This document shows positions 9,742-19,742 of a stretch of DNA of 64,000 nt, in pieces (position 1 is the first letter of the stretch; the number at the start of each line of letters is the position of its first letter). Below the pieces are notes generated by a model. It saw only the letters and a program-made list of their open reading frames with translations. It was not told the origin of the DNA and did not search any database. The stretch comes from Candidatus Calescibacterium sp. Its GTDB lineage: Bacteria > Calescibacteriota > Calescibacteriia > Calescibacteriales > Calescibacteriaceae. The stretch covers positions 1 through 64,000 of the forward strand of contig JAVVGL010000007.1 in assembly GCA_032249135.1 (NCBI GenBank), in the 5' to 3' direction. A program made the position numbers and the translations under genes.

Positions 9742-9794
9742 TTAAAGAAAAAGAAAGATTAAAATTAAAATAAAAAACAATACCACTACTTACT

Positions 9795-10721
9795 ATGGCT
9801 CGGAGAACAATGGAAAAAAATATGAGTTTTTTAATAATAAAGGGAAGAATAAAAGGAAAAGCAGCTTCTCTTCTTTCATTTATCCTTTTACTTTCATTTT
9901 TTGTTCTCTCTCTTCTGTTTTTTGTAGGTTTGGGAATTAGCCAGCAACAGGAAGGAGGAAAAATATCAATAAAAAGACCTCCAAAATCGCTTGATAACTT
10001 TTATCCGCCGAAGTCTCGCGAAAAAAAGTTTTTGGCAGCTATGCATAGCATGGCTACATCTTTTAAAGCAACGATGTTTTACCTTCAAGCTGGAAATACG
10101 GAAAAAGCTAAAAAATGGGCTGAAAACCTTGTCAAATCTTACCTCGGCATAAAAGATATGGTTCCTGAGTGGCAAAGCTACATAAAAAAAGATGTCGCAG
10201 AAAATTTCCTCAAGGCTGTAAATTCTGGTGATTTAAAGCAAGTGGGAGCTCTTGCAAAGGAACTCGGAGATACATGTAAATCTTGCCACCAAGATAATCA
10301 GCTATCTACAAAAATTTTCTATTCTATACCAAGTTGGGATGAAATTGAATTAGAAGACCCGGTTTCTCTGAAAAAAGTTGGTGCCCATAAATTTATGCAG
10401 GAACTATCAGATTCTTTAAGATTTACTTTGATTGGGGTTCAGGATGGAGATTTCTCTCTTGCAGAAAAAAGTGCAAAAGATTTTTCCGCAAGGGCAAAAG
10501 CTCTCAAAGAAACTTGCTCATCTTGCCACACATCAAAAGCGTCAATTGAGGCTCTCGCAGGAAAAGATTACACTGCTGCTGTTGATGCTCTTTTCAGTGC
10601 AGTAAAAGAAAAGAATTCACAAAAGTTCTTCTCTGCTCTTTCTCGTGTTGGTGATTACTGCACAAGATGTCATACAACCCATCTTTTACTTTTAGAAATA
10701 AAAGAGGCAATTTCTGAATAA
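9795..10721 (+). CDS. Exported triheme c-type cytochrome, helical (cytochrome c'-like)
   Basis: TM/signal segment; CKSCH, CSSCH, CTRCH each following amphipathic helices. Confidence 0.8.
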   Translation: MARRTMEKNMSFLIIKGRIKGKAASLLSFILLLSFFVLSLLFFVGLGISQQQEGGKISIKRPPKSLDNFYPPKSREKKFLAAMHSMATSFKATMFYLQAGNTEKAKKWAENLVKSYLGIKDMVPEWQSYIKKDVAENFLKAVNSGDLKQVGALAKELGDTCKSCHQDNQLSTKIFYSIPSWDEIELEDPVSLKKVGAHKFMQELSDSLRFTLIGVQDGDFSLAEKSAKDFSARAKALKETCSSCHTSKASIEALAGKDYTAAVDALFSAVKEKNSQKFFSALSRVGDYCTRCHTTHLLLLEIKEAISE

Positions 10722-10745
10722 TTTGATTATTATTGATTATGTATT

Positions 10746-11732
10746 ATGGTAAAAATGCTTTTCAGAAAAAAGCTTTTCAAATATAACTCGTTATTTATCT
10801 TTTTCTTCCTTTCTTTTTCTTTTATTTTTTTTGTTTTTTCTACTTCGTTATCTTCTTGCTCTTTGAAAAACTTTGCTTCAAAGATATTTTTAGAGGAGGA
10901 TTTACTTCAAGAGCCACCAGCTGAAAGATGTGGTTCTTGCCACAAAGATATTCACAAAGACTTCAAAAATTCAAGACATGCCGTAGCTTGGGTGTCTGAA
11001 CATTTCAAAAAAGAATCAAAAAATTATACAGATGAAAAGTGCCTTCCCTGTCATGCAGCAAAACCTATATGGGCAAGTTCGGGATTTCAAGAAGAACCTG
11101 AACTCAGGGAAAAGCATGTTGAAGATGGAATTTACTGTGTGACCTGCCATTTTGACCCTCACAGGAAAGGTATGGTTGGTCCGTATGAAGTTTGGTCTCC
11201 ACCTCATCCATCGTTTCAAGACAAAAAAATAAAATCATCTGAGTTGTGTGGAGTTTGCCATCAGGAAACTTATTCGGAATGGTCGGATGCAAAAGTTGAA
11301 AAAACATGTTCTGATTGCCATATGCCAAAAGTAGGTAGAAAACATCTTACCCAAAAACCACCTATGAGTTGGTTTCATTCAAAGCAAGATGTTTTCTCTC
11401 ATGAATTTCCAGCTCTTATTGCTAAAAAAGAAGATATAAAAGTTGATGTTGCAAGAGAAAATGGAAATTTCATTCTTCAACTTGAAAATGTCGGAGTTCC
11501 TCATAAGCTCCCAACAGCCGATCAAGGTAATCCGAAACTTTACATATTTTTGCACTGGGAAAATGGGGAAAGAGAAACTATTGTGCTTTCTCCTCAACAA
11601 GAAAATTCTCTTGAATACCAAAAACCTGTAAGCTTTATTTTTGAAGACAAAGGTGGAAAGGTAAAAATAGAAGTAAAAAGGCGTTTGAGTTGGAAGGAAG
11701 AGCCTGACCTTATATCATCGCTCAATTACTGA
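10746..11732 (+). CDS. Pentaheme c-type cytochrome (c554/c552-like), probable lipoprotein
   Basis: CGSCH, CLPCH, CVTCH, CGVCH, CSDCH; SRHAVAW; lipobox-like LSSC. Confidence 0.85.
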   Translation: MVKMLFRKKLFKYNSLFIFFFLSFSFIFFVFSTSLSSCSLKNFASKIFLEEDLLQEPPAERCGSCHKDIHKDFKNSRHAVAWVSEHFKKESKNYTDEKCLPCHAAKPIWASSGFQEEPELREKHVEDGIYCVTCHFDPHRKGMVGPYEVWSPPHPSFQDKKIKSSELCGVCHQETYSEWSDAKVEKTCSDCHMPKVGRKHLTQKPPMSWFHSKQDVFSHEFPALIAKKEDIKVDVARENGNFILQLENVGVPHKLPTADQGNPKLYIFLHWENGERETIVLSPQQENSLEYQKPVSFIFEDKGGKVKIEVKRRLSWKEEPDLISSLNY

Positions 11733-13070
11733 AAGTATAAAATCTACATATTCTTTTGCTTTTTCTTTTATATCAAATTTCTTTGAGTTTGAAATTGCGT
11801 TTTCTCTTATCTTCTCATAAAGATTTCTATTTTCAATAAGTTTTTCAACTTTTTGGACCAAATCATCTACATTGTTCAAGTCAAAGAGAATTCCTGTTTT
11901 CATATCTTCTATTATTTCGGGTATTCCTCCTATATTTGTCCCGCATGGTATAGTCCCAGATGCCTGCGCTTCAAGAAAAACTAGGCCTAAACTTTCAGCT
12001 CTTGATGGCAGAACAAAAAAATCGCTTGCTGAATAAAAGTATTTCAATTTTTCTTGATTTTGCTCAAAAGGGAGATATAAAATCTTGTTTTCCCCTATTT
12101 TTTCTTCTTCTACTTTGCTGCTGCTTGATCCGCCTAATCCCAAAAATATGATGTTTTTGTGTTTTTGGCTTATTTTTTTTGCGAACTTGAAAAATATATC
12201 AAATCCTTTCCGTACATTTGTTTTGAGACTTTTTGCAGCTGTCATAATAATTATTTTGTCTTGTGGTAAATTCAAAATCTTGCGTGATTTTGCTTTATCA
12301 TCGGGAGTAAATATATCAAGTGGTATTCCGTTGTATATCAGTTTTACTTCTTTGGCACCTTCCATCAAAATAGAACTTTCAACTTGTGATTTCATCCATC
12401 TTGATGGTACAACAACGAAAAATTTACTTTTCATATAAATTTCTCTTTTTATCTTCCAGTTTATATGAGAAAGATCCCGTCTTATTCTTGGCGGCAGATT
12501 TAGATCTGGGCATTTTCCGCATCCTATTTTCCATCTTTCACATACCATAGAAAATGAGCAGTGTCCTGTAAATAGCCACATATCATGTTGCACAAGAATA
12601 ACTTTTGTTTTTTGTGAAAGGTATGGTAAAGCTCTCAAATCAAAAAATCCTCTATCTTGCAACCAAAAACCGTGTAAAACATGACATAAAAGTACAGAAG
12701 GTTTTTCTGGCAAAATATCTAGTATTTTCCATGTTCCGGGGAATTCAAAATCTTCAAATCCAGCCCATATTTTCAACATTCTTTTTGGTTGCCCTATAAA
12801 TCTTATAATTTCTCTGATTCTCCATCCGCCTTTGAAACTTGTGTAAGGAGTTATTTTTCTTTCAATTTCTATCATCTTTTTTGCTATTGATGATCTTGAT
12901 TGGAAATTTGGTATTTCAAACACTCTTTCGTCGTTTGTATGTTTTTCTCCGACTACCATATATGAATTTATTCCGTGTTTTGGGAATTCATAGTGAAGGT
13001 ATTCAGGTATGCGGAAAGCTCCTCCGTTTCTATCTTCTGGCAGTATTTGAGCTACAACAATACTCATCAA
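11715..13070 (-). CDS. GT4 glycosyltransferase (WcaC-like)
   Basis: HDMWLFTGHC, CERWKIGCGKCP, PSRAESLGLVFLEAQASG, GGIPEII. Confidence 0.9.
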   Translation of the reverse strand: MMSIVVAQILPEDRNGGAFRIPEYLHYEFPKHGINSYMVVGEKHTNDERVFEIPNFQSRSSIAKKMIEIERKITPYTSFKGGWRIREIIRFIGQPKRMLKIWAGFEDFEFPGTWKILDILPEKPSVLLCHVLHGFWLQDRGFFDLRALPYLSQKTKVILVQHDMWLFTGHCSFSMVCERWKIGCGKCPDLNLPPRIRRDLSHINWKIKREIYMKSKFFVVVPSRWMKSQVESSILMEGAKEVKLIYNGIPLDIFTPDDKAKSRKILNLPQDKIIIMTAAKSLKTNVRKGFDIFFKFAKKISQKHKNIIFLGLGGSSSSKVEEEKIGENKILYLPFEQNQEKLKYFYSASDFFVLPSRAESLGLVFLEAQASGTIPCGTNIGGIPEIIEDMKTGILFDLNNVDDLVQKVEKLIENRNLYEKIRENAISNSKKFDIKEKAKEYVDFILSVIER

Positions 13071-13149
13071 ATCAAAAATTTATCATTTCAATTTGAGATT
13101 TATTTGTTCTTGATTTAATTTTTATTTATTAACTTTCTATTTTATTATT

Positions 13150-14165
13150 ATGTTTAAGGTTTTTGTGAAAAGGTTTGTAATATCTCGGCTTCCTATATCA
13201 GTAGTTCTTATGTACCATAGAATCTCGGAAGGGAGAGATTACTATGGAGTTTGTGTTGAGCCAAAAAATTTTGATGAGCATGTTATGGTTATAAAGAAAT
13301 ATGTTTGTAAACTTGACGATATTTTTTCCTTGAAGCCCAAAGGGAAAATATTTATAACTTTTGATGACGGATACAAAGATAATTTTGACTTTGAAAAAAG
13401 AATATTAGAAAAGTATGATTTGCCTGCTGCTTTCTTTATAACGACTGGATTTTTAGGTAGCAAAAAAACATGGTGGGATGAGCTTGCCGAACTTTTCCAG
13501 AAAAAATTAAAAGCGAAGGAAATGTATATGACGCATGAGAACAAAAAAATAAAAGTTATAATCACGCAAGAAGATGAAGTTTCAAGGCTTGATTTTGAAC
13601 TATATAGTAAATTTAAGGAAAAAATGAATTTTTTTGATGATACCTTGTATCTAAAAAAGAGTGAGTTTTTTGTTCTATCTTACATTCTTCTCAAATACTC
13701 CAAAACCCTTATGAAAAGCTTGAAGATTTAAAAAAGTTTTTTGAATTAGGTAATGGTTGGGCATCACATCAAAATTCTACCTTATTTATGAATAACAAAG
13801 AATTATTTGAGCTTTCTTTGAATAAAAATTTTGTTATAGGAGCGCATACTCAAACTCACAGGGTTTTATCTTTATTAGATTATAAAGAGCAAGAGTGGGA
13901 GATCTTAGGAAGTAAAAAGCTTTTGCAGGAAATAACTGGTAAGGAAATCTTTTGTTTTGCTTATCCATTTGGGCTTGAAGGAGACTTTTCAGAAATAACC
14001 CAGAAAATATGTCAAGAAAATTTCAGATATTCATTCTCTGGTATAAAGGGCGTTTGTACAAAATTTACACAAAGATATAAAATTCCGCGATTTTATGTCC
14101 CAAATTGTGATGGGGAAGTTTTTGAGAGGAAAATTTTTGAATTTTTCTCTTATTTTTTAACTTAA
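13150..14165 (+). pseudogene. Polysaccharide deacetylase (CE4/NodB) split by a 1-nt frameshift
   Basis: ORF1 has LMYHRI and ITFDDGYKDN; ORF2 has GAHTQTH, FAYPFG, IPRF; ORF2 frame is open from 13665, overlapping the end of ORF1. Confidence 0.8.
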
Positions 14166-14250
14166 AAGGTTTAAGATTGCAAAATTTAAGAAATTGTTAA
14201 TTGAATTGCTTTTTTCATTTGCTGTTAAAATCTTTGTCTGAATTAAGATT

Positions 14251-15141
14251 ATGAGTTTTGAGCAAAATTCATCAAATCACAATGAACAAAGCATCAAAGA
14301 TGAACTAAAAAGTGCTTTATTTTTTAAAGTTTATGAGGAGTATAAAAATCTGTGGGGGAATGAAGATGAAAAATATTTGTGGGAGCAGGTTAATATTTGG
14401 ATTGACGATGATAACAATCTTGACGGAGTTATATCTTTTCTTGAAAGTAGATTTGATCTCAGAGGAAAAAGAATTCTTGATTTTGGTTGCGGTTGGGGAA
14501 CAGATCTTATTTTTTGTCTTAAAAAAGGCTATGATGCCTTTGGGGTGGATATATCTTGGGAGAAAGCCAAATTTCACACTTTGCGAGTTCAGAGAAAAAA
14601 TTATCCAAAATTTTGGATTGAAAGATTTATATTGTCTTGGGGAGAAAATCTTCCTTTCAAATCAGAAAGCTTTGATCTGATTTATAGTAATCAGGTAATA
14701 GAACATGTAAAAGACCCTGAAAGATGTATAAGTGAGATTTTCAGAGTTTTAAAAAAGGATGGAATTCTTTACATCAGGGCTCCTGATTATAAATTAAGTT
14801 TTTTTGAACCTCATTATAGAGTTCTCTGGTTCCCTTTTTTGAACAAAAGAACAGCTAAGATTTATATCAGGCTTTTAAATAAACCAAGTGCTGGACTTGG
14901 ATTTATAAATTTCATAGGATCAAAAGAACTCATAAAAATAATGAAGAGGGTAGGGTTTAGCAAAATAGAAGACTTAAATTATGAGCTAATTTTTTTAGAT
15001 AGGGAGAAAAAACTTATGAAATTTTTCCCAAAATTCAACCATAAAATTCTGAGAGCTCTTAACTACATTTATGAATTTTTAAGGCAGATAAAAAAGATAG
15101 GAAATGAAGAAAATACAATTCATATTCTTGCTCAAAAATGA
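14251..15141 (+). CDS. Class I SAM-dependent methyltransferase
   Basis: ILDFGCGWG, LPFKSESFD, VIEHVKDP, RVLKKDG, EPHY. Confidence 0.9.
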   Translation: MSFEQNSSNHNEQSIKDELKSALFFKVYEEYKNLWGNEDEKYLWEQVNIWIDDDNNLDGVISFLESRFDLRGKRILDFGCGWGTDLIFCLKKGYDAFGVDISWEKAKFHTLRVQRKNYPKFWIERFILSWGENLPFKSESFDLIYSNQVIEHVKDPERCISEIFRVLKKDGILYIRAPDYKLSFFEPHYRVLWFPFLNKRTAKIYIRLLNKPSAGLGFINFIGSKELIKIMKRVGFSKIEDLNYELIFLDREKKLMKFFPKFNHKILRALNYIYEFLRQIKKIGNEENTIHILAQK

Positions 15142-15914
15142 TGCAAAGAAGAAAGATTTTTGTTTTTGGAACAAAAGCAGAGGGAATTGAGAAATTCTGT
15201 AAATTGCTAAAACAATTCAATTTGAACTCGGATATTTTTAGTTTTCATATATGTAAATTGCATGAAATCAGTAAAATAAAAGAGCTTGATAGCTCAGGGA
15301 AATTTATAGTTCTTCTCAGAAATCCGGCTTTGCGCTCTTTTGAGTTATGGAAAATTATGCTTTGTGAAGGATTTGAATGGGTAGATGATTTTGAGCTTGC
15401 TCTTGCAAGGGAGCAAACACGATTTTTTGGTACAGAACATAGAAAATTATACACAACTATATATGATTTTTTATACTGGCGAAGTAGCTTATGTTCTGAA
15501 AAGATTTTGGCTTTGAAACAAAAACTTGGCGAGAAAAAATTTTTTGAAGATGTTTTGTTTTTGGTTTTAGATGAGTTCAAGAGCGAAAAAGAGTTTATAA
15601 ATACCTTAAAAAGTTTTCTGGATTTACAAAAAGTAAATTCTAAATTCAGTCTTTCTGACTTGAAAATCACGAAAGAGAAAATACCGTGCAATTCTAAAAT
15701 TCAGTATGTTTTGAGAGCTATTTTGGAAGAATCAAAAATAAAATTTGGTTTTGAACCTGTTTTCCCAAAATTCATTATGAATTTGAATATTTTGCTTGGA
15801 AAAAAGTTAGAGCATCACTGGTTGGTAGATTTTTTGAGCTTTGCATTCAGAAAAGAAGTTGAAAAGCTATCTGAAATTTTGAAAAAAGATCTTACGAAGA
15901 TATGGGGAATATGA
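15138..15914 (+). CDS. Sulfotransferase-like protein, degenerate
   Basis: KFIVLLRNPALRSF resembles the 3'-PB motif; 5'-PSB loop poorly conserved (FGTKAEG). Confidence 0.55.
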   Translation: MMQRRKIFVFGTKAEGIEKFCKLLKQFNLNSDIFSFHICKLHEISKIKELDSSGKFIVLLRNPALRSFELWKIMLCEGFEWVDDFELALAREQTRFFGTEHRKLYTTIYDFLYWRSSLCSEKILALKQKLGEKKFFEDVLFLVLDEFKSEKEFINTLKSFLDLQKVNSKFSLSDLKITKEKIPCNSKIQYVLRAILEESKIKFGFEPVFPKFIMNLNILLGKKLEHHWLVDFLSFAFRKEVEKLSEILKKDLTKIWGI

Positions 15915-17083
15915 AAAAGAGCATTCTGCTTCTGAGAAATCTTTTTCCCGATGTGGAAAAAAAATTTATTTCTTGCATGTCTAAAAATGGATGGAATTTT
16001 TCATTAGTAAAGAGTATAGCTAAAGAATTTGATTTCCAGTTAGAAAGAGCACTTTCTATTTATCTTGAAAAATTTGATTTAGATGTAATAGATATTTTTG
16101 TGAGCTCTGAGGAGTTTCAAAAAAGATGGGAAAAAACTTTTTATCCACAAGCCGATAACTTTATTTCAAAGATCCTGAAAGATATAAAGCCATCATCAAA
16201 AATAGGTTTTTTCTCAAAAGAAGATTTTTATGTGATTTTAGCGAAGCAGATTACTTATTACAAACCTGATATTGTTTTAGTTCTTCCGTTTGCCGAGGTA
16301 AATCACTATTTTTTTTCAAAGTTGAAAAAGATTTTTAACTTCAAACTTGTTGGATATTCAAATGCAACCTCTTTTTCTTTTTATGATGAACATATCTTAT
16401 CCTATTATGATTTTGTTTTTTCTCCTTTTTTACCTCATGTTTTCAAGCTCAGATATTTTGGCGTAAAAGCTGAATATATCCCTTTGGGTTTTGAGCCTTT
16501 GGTTTTAGAAAAACTCAAAGAAAGAAAATCAGTTGATGGGGATCAATTAAGTAGAGAAAATAATCAGAAAATATATGATGTAGTTTTTGCTGGAAGTTTG
16601 CATCAAGCTCACAGAAGTAGGATACCCTTTCTCAAAAAAATTGCTGATGCTTTCGGAGATAAATTCCATATATGGACTCAATCTTTTAGTTCTTTGCCAT
16701 CTGAGTTGAGAAAAAATTTCAGGGGAGCAGTTTTTAATATTGATTACTACTATGTTCTTTCAAAGTCAAAGATAGTTCTGAATCATCATGGAAGTATTTT
16801 ACCTTGGTCACATAATCTGAGATTATTTGAAACAACCGGTGTTGGTTCTTTCCTTCTAACAGATAATCTGCCCGGAATAGACGAACTTTTTGAGGTAGGA
16901 AAAGAGGTAGAAACTTATGATTCCATAGATGAGTGTATAGATAAAATAAAGTATTATCTTTTGAACGAAGAAGAAAGAGAGAAAATAGCGAAGGCAGGAC
17001 AGGTTAGAACATTGAGAGACCACACATATGAGAAAAGAATTGAAAAACTATTTGAGTTTTTTGTGAGATATGAAATTATTTAA
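15902..17083 (+). CDS. CgeB/Glyco_trans_1_2 family glycosyltransferase
   Basis: DVVFAGS, SKIVLN, NLRLFETTGVGSFLLTD, HTYEKR. Confidence 0.88.
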   Translation: MGNMKKSILLLRNLFPDVEKKFISCMSKNGWNFSLVKSIAKEFDFQLERALSIYLEKFDLDVIDIFVSSEEFQKRWEKTFYPQADNFISKILKDIKPSSKIGFFSKEDFYVILAKQITYYKPDIVLVLPFAEVNHYFFSKLKKIFNFKLVGYSNATSFSFYDEHILSYYDFVFSPFLPHVFKLRYFGVKAEYIPLGFEPLVLEKLKERKSVDGDQLSRENNQKIYDVVFAGSLHQAHRSRIPFLKKIADAFGDKFHIWTQSFSSLPSELRKNFRGAVFNIDYYYVLSKSKIVLNHHGSILPWSHNLRLFETTGVGSFLLTDNLPGIDELFEVGKEVETYDSIDECIDKIKYYLLNEEEREKIAKAGQVRTLRDHTYEKRIEKLFEFFVRYEII

Positions 17084-17155
17084 TAAGTACGATCTGTTAA
17101 ATATAGACATAGTTTCAAAACTGATGTATGATAGTTTTATAAAATATAATTTCAA

Positions 17156-17500
17156 ATGGCGGACAATTTTTTCAGGCGCATTTGCGCAAATGCGTTAGAC
17201 AGAACAATAATCATATACATTTCATCTATTCTTTCCGAAGGCAAAATAATGATTTTTATTATATTATTTTTAATCTTTGATTTCACATTAGGGGTTCTTT
17301 TCAGATCTATTTTCTCTCAAACACCGGGAGACATAATATTCGGAATAAAGATAGAAGCTCACCCAAAATTCAAACTTCTACTAAGATGGATATTAGGATA
17401 TATATCTCCATTTACTGCATTTTTACTTCACATACCAGCTGGGCAATGGAAAAGTTTGTTAGATACAATATGTGGAATAAAAGTAGAAAAAATAAATTGA
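17156..17500 (+). CDS. RDD family membrane protein
   Basis: FFRRICANALD, QTPGDIIFGIKI, LLDTICG. Confidence 0.7.
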   Translation: MADNFFRRICANALDRTIIIYISSILSEGKIMIFIILFLIFDFTLGVLFRSIFSQTPGDIIFGIKIEAHPKFKLLLRWILGYISPFTAFLLHIPAGQWKSLLDTICGIKVEKIN

Positions 17501-17554
17501 AATTTCATCAAAAAGTAAAGTGTTAGTATAAGAGGAAGCAAAAAATAAGGAAAG

Positions 17555-17590
17555 AAAATCCCCCCGCAAGAAACGGGGGGAGAATTTTTT
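17555..17590. terminator. Probable bidirectional intrinsic terminator
   Basis: CCCCCCG-loop-CGGGGGG stem with A-rich left and T-rich right flanks, between convergent RDD and khpA genes. Confidence 0.7.
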
Positions 17591-17850
17591 TAGGCATCAG
17601 GGACCTCAAGAATTATTCTTTTGTTGAACTTAGCACTTGCAGCAGAAACAAGTGCTCTCATTGCCTTTACTATCCTTCCTCCTTTACCTATTATTTTCCC
17701 TATTTCTTCTTTATTTACCCTAAGTTCAATTATTGCTGTTCTTTCTCCTTCAACAAGGTTTACTCTAACCTCATCCTCTTTATCTACTATTGTTTTTGCT
17801 ATTTTTTCTATCATTTCTTTTACGACCTGCGTAGAATTAACATCAGCCAT
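17590..17850 (-). CDS. khpA: KH-domain RNA-binding protein KhpA
   Basis: IGKIIGKGGRIVKAMR; SD GGAGGTG before ATG 17850. Confidence 0.92.
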   Translation of the reverse strand: MADVNSTQVVKEMIEKIAKTIVDKEDEVRVNLVEGERTAIIELRVNKEEIGKIIGKGGRIVKAMRALVSAASAKFNKRIILEVPDA

Positions 17851-18024
17851 AGCAGAGCACCTCCCTTTTTTCACAAAATTATAAGTTCAATAGGCTTTTT
17901 TATTTTAAAAAAATTAATAATAAAAGTTCCTATTTTCTGAAATTTTTACTTAATAAAAATCTCCAAATCTCTTGGAAATTTCAGAAAAATAATCAAGGAG
18001 ATAAAGTATTGATAAAACAAAAAT

Positions 18025-18840
18025 ATGGAAATCCTATTACCTATATTTATTTACATTATCATATTTCATCATGAAGGAGCAACAATAGAGCACGGGGCAA
18101 AAAAAGCAGTTGGAATTTCTCCTTTATTCTCGCAAACAAAAATTTTAGAAAACATAGGGGAAAAATGGTCTATTTTCACAACTTTGTTTGGTGAATACTC
18201 TTTTTTTGAAGATAAACTTTCTTTAAGGCTGGACATACCTTTTGCTTTCGTAAAGCGGAAACTTCTCTTTTCTGATATTGCTACCACATTGAAATTTACT
18301 TTGAGAGATTTGAAAGATTTTGAGCCTACCTTTCTTTTCATTTCGGAATTCCCAACAGGTCAAGATTACGCAACATCTGGACATTTCGCTGTTATACCAG
18401 GATTTGCTTTTGAGTACCATATTCATAAGCCATATCATATTCATATTCACGGGTTTTTAGGTCCGCGATTTGCATTAGGTAGGGAAAGTCATACCGATGA
18501 TTCCGGGAAAGAAAACCATGATCATATGCATACTCTATCTTCTTCTGATTTGCATAGTTACGGAGCTCATAAGATAAATTACGCTTTTCCGCATTCCGAA
18601 AATGAAATTATGGGACATATAGGGGTAATGGTTTTATTCTCTGAAATTGGTTTTGATTTGAGACCTTCATTTTTTTTTGAGGATTTTAAAACTTTTGTCT
18701 TGCAGCCACAGGTTGGTTTGATATATATTTTAGAACTTGAAGATGGGAAATCATTTAACTTTAACTTATTCGGCTTTTGGGCACTTCAAGGAATAAGAGA
18801 GGGAAAAGGCATAGGTTTATTTTCTTATCTGAAATTCTGA
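18025..18840 (+). CDS. His-rich putative outer-membrane beta-barrel protein
   Basis: Alternating aromatic/hydrophobic strands, EFPTG, C-terminal YLKF, His-rich segments. Confidence 0.55.
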   Translation: MEILLPIFIYIIIFHHEGATIEHGAKKAVGISPLFSQTKILENIGEKWSIFTTLFGEYSFFEDKLSLRLDIPFAFVKRKLLFSDIATTLKFTLRDLKDFEPTFLFISEFPTGQDYATSGHFAVIPGFAFEYHIHKPYHIHIHGFLGPRFALGRESHTDDSGKENHDHMHTLSSSDLHSYGAHKINYAFPHSENEIMGHIGVMVLFSEIGFDLRPSFFFEDFKTFVLQPQVGLIYILELEDGKSFNFNLFGFWALQGIREGKGIGLFSYLKF

Positions 18841-18883
18841 TTTTTCTACCGTTCAGAAATTCTGTGTAGATTTTTTTTTACTT

Positions 18884-19576
18884 TTATTTCTTGCTTATTT
18901 GCTTTTCTTTTTTGGTTACTAGCGATATTATCTTTTGTAATGTCTTTTTGTCTACTTTTGAGAAATTGAATCCTGCCTTATATTTTCCGTCCGCGCCCAG
19001 GGAGTAATGTTTGAGAATTGCTCTACCGTCTAATTCTGTTTTTTTATCTTTAATTCTTATTGTGAATCCTACCTCTTCATTTAGCATCGGAAGGAAATAC
19101 TCAATCATTCTATCTTTTACGCTCATATAAACTGAAAATCCTCCTAAACTTATATCTAAAAGAGAGCAAAACAGAGCATATCCACTATCTCTTTTTATTA
19201 TTACTTCACTACTTTTATTCACCCTAATTCTCATATACCTTCTTCTTTCACATATTTTCAAGCTATCAGGACTTTCAAGTATTAAGAGTGGAGGGTTTGA
19301 ACCTTCTATTTCATCTTTTACACTGGTTTCAAACATAATTATCCCTCTTTCAGATGTGAACCTGAATTCATATTTTTTCCCTTTCTCAAATCTTTCTGTT
19401 GTACGTAATATGATGTCTCCGTTACGAGTTCCAACTATATATCCCGTTCTATTTTCGCCCTTCCTTTTTACCTCAACTTCCACTATATTAGTTAAAATTC
19501 CTTCTAATACTCTTTTTGATCTTTCTCCTTTAATTTCAACCTCAAACATTCTCGGAGATATGTCAAAAAGACTCAT
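18884..19576 (-). CDS. YcgR-like PilZ-domain protein (flagellar brake family)
   Basis: ERRRYMR and DISLGG, preceded by an N-terminal beta domain. Confidence 0.8.
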   Translation of the reverse strand: MSLFDISPRMFEVEIKGERSKRVLEGILTNIVEVEVKRKGENRTGYIVGTRNGDIILRTTERFEKGKKYEFRFTSERGIIMFETSVKDEIEGSNPPLLILESPDSLKICERRRYMRIRVNKSSEVIIKRDSGYALFCSLLDISLGGFSVYMSVKDRMIEYFLPMLNEEVGFTIRIKDKKTELDGRAILKHYSLGADGKYKAGFNFSKVDKKTLQKIISLVTKKEKQISKK

Positions 19577-19742
19577 AAGAAATATTTTAAATTCTTTTTT
19601 TTAGTTTTTCTTGAATCCCTCTTTTGCCAAACTTTTCCCTTTTTACGGTTTTGGTTATAATGAAATCTTTTTCTATCTGACAAATTACTTTTTTGTTTTA
19701 GAAATTTTCTATCCGTAATAAAGACTTAATAAAATATGATTT

